From Octopus sinensis (Eukaryota), in contig NC_043020.1 of assembly GCF_006345805.1 (NCBI RefSeq), positions 22,382,001 through 22,446,000 on the forward strand: a stretch of 64,000 nt of DNA, written 5' to 3'. The notes under the pieces are model-generated. The model worked only from the letters and a program-made list of their open reading frames with translations. It was not told the origin of the DNA and made no database searches. The position numbers were made by a program, and so were the translations under genes. Below are positions 56,622-64,000 of this stretch, piece after piece; the stretch's first letter is position 1, and every line of letters begins with the position of its first letter.

Positions 56622-59600
56622 GGGCTAAAACAGAATTAAGGCTAATATGACTGGGGTGAAAAAAAAGAGCAAATCTTACCTGATGGTTAGCAAGTCACAG
56701 CCAGACAAACCAGTTATCTGACCTGTGTTACGAAACGATGCCCCCATCACTACTGTTTTATAATTAAATTTCTTGTAGAAGTTATAGATTTTTGTGACGC
56801 TTTTCACACCTGGAAAAGAAAAACAAAATCAGGAGACAAGAATTGGTCAATGCCAACAAGTGAGAGATCCATATAGAAGGGCAATCCAAAAACTTCTTTC
56901 CAAAGGGTTTCTGGTTTCTGGTCAGTCCGATATTAAAGATTTTTATAATTTTTAATTTAAGAAAATATTTCTTCAGATACATTCATTTACAGAAATAAAC
57001 GAACTTTGGGCGAATTAAAATGTGTCTGTGACAAATTTCAACTTTTAAAGGCAAATTCATGGCAGTTCCTCTTATTCTTTTACTCTTTCACTTGTTTCAG
57101 TCATTTGACTGCGACTATGCTGGAGCACCACCTTAAAGGGTTCTTATTCGAAGAAATCGACCCCAGGACTGATTCTTTCTAAGCCTAGTACTTATTCTAT
57201 CAATGTCTCTTTGCCAAACTGCTAAGTTACAGGTACATAAACACACCAATATCAGTTGTCAAGTGATGGTGGGAGACAAACACAGACTCAAAGACACAGG
57301 CACACAGACATAAATATATATGATGGGCTTCTTTCAGTTTCCATCTACCAAATCCACTCACAAGGCTTAGCTCGACCCAAGGCTATAGTAGAAGACACTT
57401 GCCCAAGGTGCCACAGTGGGACTGAACCCGGAACTAAGTGGTTGGGAAGCAAGCTTCTTAGAGAAGAAAAAATTCTTCTCTTATGGTAAAAGATGTAAAA
57501 GCAGTATATCTGCCCCATGTTAGATACAGGGCCAGAAATATCTGACACAGGCCTGTCAGATTCCGAAAAGCAGCATTTCTGGCTATTTTGCTGTTATCAG
57601 TTGGAAATACCAAAGAGGGAATAATTTTTTCTCCACAGCAATTGCAGTGAATGTGTTTAGAAGTTAAAAAGATGTCACAAACATATTTTAACGAACCTAA
57701 ATTTGTTAATGCCTAATCATTGCTTGGTGCTGATACCGCTGCATATATCTGCAGTTACACAACTGCTCTGTAACAAAGGCCCTTATAAAAGCAATACAAT
57801 GGGGTTAATTAGTTTGTGTCCAATCAAGAAATTAAATTGTTAATAAGCTAGTAGAAATTTTAAAAGGCAGAGACTAGACATCAACTTACCAGGGTCTTCC
57901 AAAGGTTCAAAGGACTTTTTGTCTGTATTTTTGACAAACCAGTCCAAGATACGACCAACAAATGGAGAGATGAGAGTCACTCCAGCCTCAGCACATGCTA
58001 CAGCCTGCAGAGAAGAAATAATAATAATAATAATTCTTTCTATAACAAACACAAGGCCTGAGATTTTAGGGGTGGGGTTAGTTGATTATATCAACCCTAA
58101 AAGGACGAAAGGCAAAGTAGACCTCAGTAGAATTTAAACTCACGGCATCAAGACAAATGAAATGCTGCCGAGCATTTTGCTCAGCACAGTAACAATTCTG
58201 CCAGTCGCCACCTTGGTAATAATAATAATAATAATCATTTCAAATTTTGGCGGGAGAAGATGAGTTGATTACATTGACCCCAGTGCTTAACTGGTACTTC
58301 ATTTATCGACCCCCGAAGAATCAGTTGAAATTATTGAGATGGAATATAACCATTATTTGAATAACAGGAATGCCGTTCCTGAATCTGGGTGGCAAAGTTA
58401 AATCCATTGTCCATTTTGATGCTATCCTGGCTACTGAGGTGCCCCTTAGCTGAGTCCTCTCTGTTGCAAGCATTCTGAGAAGACCCCGCCATCTGAGGAT
58501 AACTTTATCTCCTCCACTCTCCATCCAGTGTCTCAGGAGCACTGATAAGGAGTCAAGGTAAGAGCTGGTGACAGAAAGGGCAGCTGGCTCTAAAACAATG
58601 CCTCAACATTACATCTAACCCATGCTGGCATGGAAAGAAACAGATGTAAAACAACTGAACAGACAAGCACTTAATAAATATGTAAAATTAAAATATCAAG
58701 TCATTAGAGATAAATTGTTAATTGCTGAGCTTAACTCTTTAGCATTTAAACAAGCCGTAGCTGGGCCAAACATTCTCTCTGCTTTATGTTCAAAGCAGCC
58801 AGGTCCAGCCTGTCACACCTACCCTACAATGTCATTCTAAAAATGAAACAATCATCATCATCAATCTTTGAAACCTTGAACCTTCGAGATAACACAAATA
58901 ATTCAAAAGAAGGAGAATAAATAAATGTTATGTTTGACACGGAAAGTGAAGTCTAGCAACTCAACACTCAACCTTCGCACTCACTTCTGAGTGGAGTGGA
59001 GGGTGGAGATTTAACATTACCTTCCCTCAAGAGAGGGAGAAAGAGAAAAGATATCACTTTGAAGATGGAATAAAACTGGTTTAAGAACTCACCTGATGAA
59101 AGTTAAACAACAATGTCATGTTACAATGAATGCCATGTTTTGATTCCAATTCTCTGCAAAAAGAATAAGAATAATAATAATAGTAATATATAACATATAG
59201 AAAATAGTACCACTAGGCACTGCACACATCCTACATAAAACAATTTCAGTACAGTAAAAATAAGAGCATCACAACAAACTGCAGTACATACCCAAGGCAC
59301 ACAGAACTGTGCTTGGTAGTGTAGTGAAAGCATGTGATGAAAATAAGACTAATGAATAATGATAATCCTTTCTTCTGTAGACACAAGGCCTGAAATTTCT
59401 AGGGAAGGGGTAAGTAGATTACATCGAGCCCAATACACACCTGGTACTTATTTTATTGACCCCAAAAGGTTAAAAAAATCTCAACCTCAGCAGAATTTGA
59501 ACTCAGAACATAAAGATAGATGAAATGCTAAGCATGTTGCCAGCTCACTGCCTTAGGTCTCAAATTTTGGCACAAGGCCAGCAATTTCAGGAAAAAAGGT

Positions 59601-62600
59601 TAGTCGATTACAATGTCCCCAGTACACAACTGGTACCTATTTTATCAGCCCCGAAAGGATGAAAGGCAAAGATGACCATGGCAGAATTTGAACTCAGAAT
59701 GTAGAGACAGACGAAATGCTGTTAAACATTTGACCCAGCATACCAACAATTATGTCAGCTCACCACCTTACAACAACAACATCAACAATAATCCTTTCTA
59801 CTAAAAGAAGAAGGCCTGAAATTTGTGGGGAGGGAACTAGTTGATTACATCAAATGCAGTATACAACTGGTACTTATTTTATTGACCCCAAAAGGATGAA
59901 AGGCAAAGTCAACCTTGGCAGAATTTGAACTCAGAATGTAGCGACACACAAAATACCATGAAGCATTTCACCCAGCATACTAACAATTCTGCCAGCTTGC
60001 TACCTTTACAACTATAATACTGGAAGCAAGGCCTTAAATTTAGAGGAAGGGATTAAGTGGATTAGATTGACCCCAGTGTGTAACTGGTACTAGTTTTATC
60101 AACCCCGAAAGGATGAAAGGCAAAGTGGATCTCGGCAGAATTTGAACTCAGAACATAACGGCAGACAAAACACTACTAAGCATTTCGCCCACCGTACTCA
60201 ACGATTCTGTCAGCTTGCCACCTTTACAATAGTAATAATAATTCTTTTGAAGTTTATGCACAAAAACTGAAATTTAAGAGGAAGGTCAAATCAATTACAT
60301 TGACCCTCTGTACTTGAACTTATTATCGACCCCCAAATGGATGTATAAACAGGGAGCTGGAAGAATTGCTAAGCATTTTATCTGAAATGCTAATGATTCT
60401 GTCAAGGCCAACAATTTTAAGGAGAGGAGGGTTACACAGATCCCTTACATGTTCAATTGGTACCTTTTTCCCTTTTATTTCGTCAACCCTTATAGGCTAC
60501 TAATGCAGCCTAGTCTGTGATATTGATACAAAGCCATCAATTTCTAAGAATTCATTATGTCAACACCAGTGTATAACTGGTTAGTATTTTAATGACTCAG
60601 GTGGGTGGGGGGCAAAAATCAATCAGTAATATTTGAACTCAGAATTTTTTTTTCTTTTGTTAGGAAAGGGAGAATCCAAGACCCTTTCCAGTGTCTCCAA
60701 GGTTGATGGGTAAGGAGGGGGAGAAAAAGTATCCTCAAATCAAGGACCTGGTCTGCTAAGAGTACAAGGTGCCACATGATGTTGTTGAACTAGGCCAAGG
60801 GTTAATCTGTCACCAAATAGGCCATGGTGGGATTGGAATTCAGAACACAAATACTACAAGGCACCCAGTCATAGAAACTGTACCAAAGTTGACATTGGAG
60901 ACTTTGAATCCTAAGGGAGTTGGGGTACTTCATGCTCGGGTTTAAGGGGATCCGAGTGGACCCTCTGCGGGGAGCTGGTTCTTGTAGAGAGAGCCACATA
61001 GCTACTCAAATCAAGTCGGCAGGGTAAAGGGGAGGAGAGAAAGTAGAAAAGATCAGTAGGAATCACAAGAGATAGACAGTGGCAATGAAGTACCCAGGTG
61101 ACCCCACAAGGCACAAGCTGAGTAGAAGTGGGGCGGGGAGTGAATGTGGACAGTTTGCAGGACTGTGTGGGAAGGAAAATAAGGGGATGGAGAGACAGAC
61201 TGCCATAATACTTATGTCTGTTTGTGTGTATTTTTTCTAGACACCATATGACAGTTGTAAACGAGCATCACCATCATATAAGTAGTGCTGTCCATATCCA
61301 GTCTTCCATGAAAAACATGTCTGGCCGCGGGGGGGGGGGATATTACCTTACTTGGAAATAGGTAAAAGTTGGTGACTGGAAGGACGTTTGACCATAAGGA
61401 GAAAAAAAAAATCTACCTCAACAGATACTGTCTGACTCATAGAAGCATGGAAAAGCCAAAATCCAAAACAATGATGAGGCTTCAGGGTCAATAAAATGCC
61501 AACATCAGCGGTCAGACTAAGAGAAAAATGGGTTCTGCTAGATTTTAAAATGCTCAACACAGACAGAGTATGTCACAACGATCCTTCATCAGAGATTGAG
61601 GGTCCAAGGAAGGCCAGATAATGGTTAAGGAGTTAGCAACAGGCAGGACAGTGTCCAGCTGTAAAACTTTTGGTTCCAACGTATAAACCATTCTACGCAT
61701 AGTCGAGTGGTGGTAAAATAATAAACCAAAATATTTTATTACTCAATTTTAACCACCATCATCATAAAATCTGTCAATACTTTTACCCCCACCTGGTGCC
61801 AGATGGTAGGACTCTAAACTCCAACCCCGCAACTACAAATTCTCTCCTGACAAACAGCCCTGCCCTCTATACATGAAAGGAATATTAGAAGAGTCATTGA
61901 CTTACTTGGCAGCCTGTATTCCTTCCCAAGTGGAGCTCAGCTTTATTAAGATTCTCTCCTTGTCGATCCCTAATTCTTTGTACATCGTAATGATGTTCTT
62001 TGCTCTTTGAATCATACCTTCTTTGTCAAAAGACAACCTGAAAATTAAAAAGAAATTCATAAAAATACAATCAAAATTATATAAGAATACTTTGAAACAA
62101 AGCTGAGATGATGCCTTGGTTAATTTAAACGTGAGTAAGCTTTAACTCTTTTGGTACCAACCTGCTTGAGACCATTCCTGGTTCTGTGGTACAAACTTCC
62201 TGTTTTAAATTCATCTGCATTAACCCTTCAGCACTTAAACTGACCATATCTGGCCAATGTATTCTACTTGATTAATGTCCAAGCTGGCCAGATCTGGCCT
62301 ATCACACTAACCTTACATTATCATTCTAAAGATTAATAGTCTTCTCATCGAAATCTCAAAACCACAAAATAACGAATGATTAATTGAAACCAATTCCAAT
62401 AAATAGGCATCGCTTTTAACAGAATAATGTGAATGCTGAAGACTTAAAGCCTTTCCATCAAATTTATGTTCCCCAAACCAACTTTTAATATCAAAGTTAT
62501 CAGACTAAATTCTTCATTATTTTCAAAATGAATTAAAACGAAGGCAGAGTATTTCAGCAGAAACATGGTAACAAAAGGGTTAAAGTGATCTTAATGAAAA

Positions 62601-63433
62601 GCTTCCATCAAAATTTTATGTTATTTCCAAACACCAGATTAATAATGACAAAGTTACTTTACCAAAATATGAGAGTTTCTCTCGTGGTAACTACTGCAGC
62701 ATAGTTTTATTCTAATAGGACATTGATGTTTAAGTGGGGATAAAAGTTATCTCTCGGTATTAAAACTGCCTCTGTTGCTAATATATATTAAACAAGCTCA
62801 CTGGTTAGTCGTGACACCAATGCCTGTTCTGGCAGTTTTTCTATATATCACTGGCAGGGAGATGTTCTAGCATCCAGCATTGATGAGACCAAGAAAAGTC
62901 AAGATCACATGATCTGGTGGTCTCAGCACTGAAGATGGCAAGAATTTGACTCCTTGCTAGCAATATGAACAAGCATGCATTTGATCCCAAAAGCCTATAC
63001 AAGAGTTTCTCTCATGATATTTACTACAGTATAGCTTGTTCTAACAGTGGAGATAAATCATTAGAATCTAAGCGCATCAACATGTAGGATGCCATACACA
63101 CACATACCTGCAGTATATTATACACACACATACCTGCAGTATATTATACACACGTGTGTGTGGACAAAAGAGAAATCTTGTCAGATTTGACAGGATATTA
63201 AAGAAATATGGTGGGGGGGGAATGTTATTTGCACCTGGCTAGAAAAGAATAGCACAGGTGTATGAAGGGTGGCAGAATATGTGGAAGGAAGAGGTTAGGG
63301 TGAGAGCAGAGATGAAGCAACTTACCTGGCATCAACTTCTGTGGAGACACGGCCTGGAATGATCTTCAGTATTTCACAACCAAAAAGCACATTGAGTCTA
63401 TCCAAGGCACTGATCAACTGTTCTTCATCGGAA
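53077..63433 (-). CDS. TALDO1: transaldolase gene, span of the last six coding exons (5' exons outside the window)
   Basis: [14 protein letters not shown], catalytic [55 protein letters not shown]; GT-AG introns with consistent phases. Confidence 0.97.
53340..54165 (+). repeat. tandemly repeated RTE 3' UTR module (about 130-150 bp, 4 units plus a partial) ending in an RTE-type tail
   Basis: Units begin TGGGCCTCA at 53386, 53539, 53667 and 53887. The same module occurs once, reversed, at about 34690-34800 attached to an RTE ORF end. Confidence 0.8.
54900..55470 (+). mobile_element. Tc1/mariner (probably DD37D/maT-type) transposase fragment, internally deleted
   Basis: [52 protein letters not shown]. 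Confidence 0.75.
55651..55718 (-). CDS. TALDO1: transaldolase exon (68 nt)
   Basis: [22 protein letters not shown]; AAACAG| and |GTATTT. Confidence 0.92.
55780..56590 (-). mobile_element. cluster of 4 family 2 SINEs in a TALDO1 intron
   Basis: Diagnostic motifs, one orientation. Confidence 0.88.
56680..56809 (-). CDS. TALDO1: transaldolase exon (130 nt)
   Basis: [44 protein letters not shown]; TTCCAG| and |GTAAGA. Confidence 0.96.
57890..58004 (-). CDS. TALDO1: transaldolase exon (115 nt)
   Basis: [38 protein letters not shown]; CTGCAG| and |GTAAGT. Confidence 0.96.
59093..59153 (-). CDS. TALDO1: transaldolase exon (61 nt)
   Basis: [20 protein letters not shown]; TTGCAG| and |GTGAGT. Confidence 0.95.
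59365..60650 (-). mobile_element. cluster of about 7 family 2 SINEs or fragments in a TALDO1 intron
   Basis: Diagnostic motifs, one orientation. Confidence 0.88.
61906..62037 (-). CDS. TALDO1: transaldolase exon (132 nt; contains the Schiff-base Lys)
   Basis: [13 protein letters not shown]...[16 protein letters not shown]; TTTCAG| and |GTAAGT. Confidence 0.96.
62146..62579. mobile_element. TTAA-type MITE with a nested TTAA MITE (62224-62443)
   Basis: TTAA|CTCTTTTGGTACC ... GGTAACAAAAGGG|TTAA; inner TTAA|CCCTTCAGCA ... TGCTGAAGAC|TTAA. Confidence 0.8.
63326..63433 (-). CDS. TALDO1: transaldolase exon (108 nt; SDEEQ...TEVDAR)
   Basis: TTGTAG| and |GTAAGT on -. Confidence 0.96.
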
Positions 63434-63469
63434 CTACAATAAATGAATGAATTAATAATAATAATGATG

Positions 63470-64000
63470 ATTTCAAATTTTGGCACAAGGCCAGCAATTT
63501 CAAGAGTGGGGGCAAGTCGATTATATCAACTCCAGTACGCAACTGGTACTTAATTTATCGACCCTGAAAGGATGAAAGGCAAAGTCGACCTCGGCAGAAT
63601 TTGAACTCAGAAAGTAAAGACATGAAATACAGCTAAGCATTTCCCCCGGCTTGCAAATGATTCTGCCAGCTTGCTGCCTTTAAATAATCCAAACATGGCT
63701 GATACCAGATCCGCCTGACTGTTAAACGATGAAGAAAAATGATTTCAAATTTTTGCACAAAGCCAGCAATTTTCTGGGACTCCAGTAGTCAACTGGTATT
63801 CATGTTATCAACCCCAAAAGGACAAAATGTAAAGTCAACCTCTTCAGAATTTGAACCCAGAACATAAAGACCGATGAAATGGCACCAAGCATTCTGCCTG
63901 GCAGCAAACGACTCTGCTGCCCTTTTAATAATCTTTTCTACTCTAGGAATAAGGCCAGAAATTTTTGGGAAGTGGGCCAGTTGATTAGATCGACCCCAGT
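63470..64000 (-). mobile_element. cluster of 3 family 2 SINEs in a TALDO1 intron
   Basis: Diagnostic motifs, one orientation. Confidence 0.88.

Noticed and set aside
60660-61150. GC-richer block in a TALDO1 intron with two short ORFs
   Set aside because: No recognisable protein motif; it is probably an old transposon UTR but I cannot support an assignment.

Overview
Repeat-dense eukaryotic genomic DNA, most likely from an octopod cephalopod (inferred from the SINE/LINE families and the very high microsatellite load). Two convergent multi-exon genes can be assembled by eye, mostly missed by the ORF track. One is a 9-exon, 308-aa centromere protein P (CENP-P)-like gene on + (CDS 29691-47337). 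The other is the last six exons of transaldolase (TALDO1) on - (53077-63433; its 5' exons lie beyond the window). Two tRNA-Ser(AGA) copies lie at 4470 and 5497. The rest is transposons: mariner/Tc1, CR1-group, RTE, R4/Dong and L1/Tx1 non-LTR elements, a non-autonomous Helitron, several MITEs and at least three tRNA-derived SINE families. The most interesting system is a set of microsatellite-associated Tx1-type retrotransposons. An 8.1-kb composite element is embedded at both ends in an (ATCT)n array and is an in-frame chimera of two diverged subfamilies. Its 3' end recurs as short copies at other ATCT arrays and as an alternative SINE tail. Other highlights are a SINE/CR1 3'-tail pair with a covarying hairpin, a PHD finger inside an RTE reverse transcriptase, minimal hammerhead-like motifs in Penelope-type repeats, and a strong sense-strand SINE bias in TALDO1 introns. 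No database searches were run; family assignments come from motif recognition.
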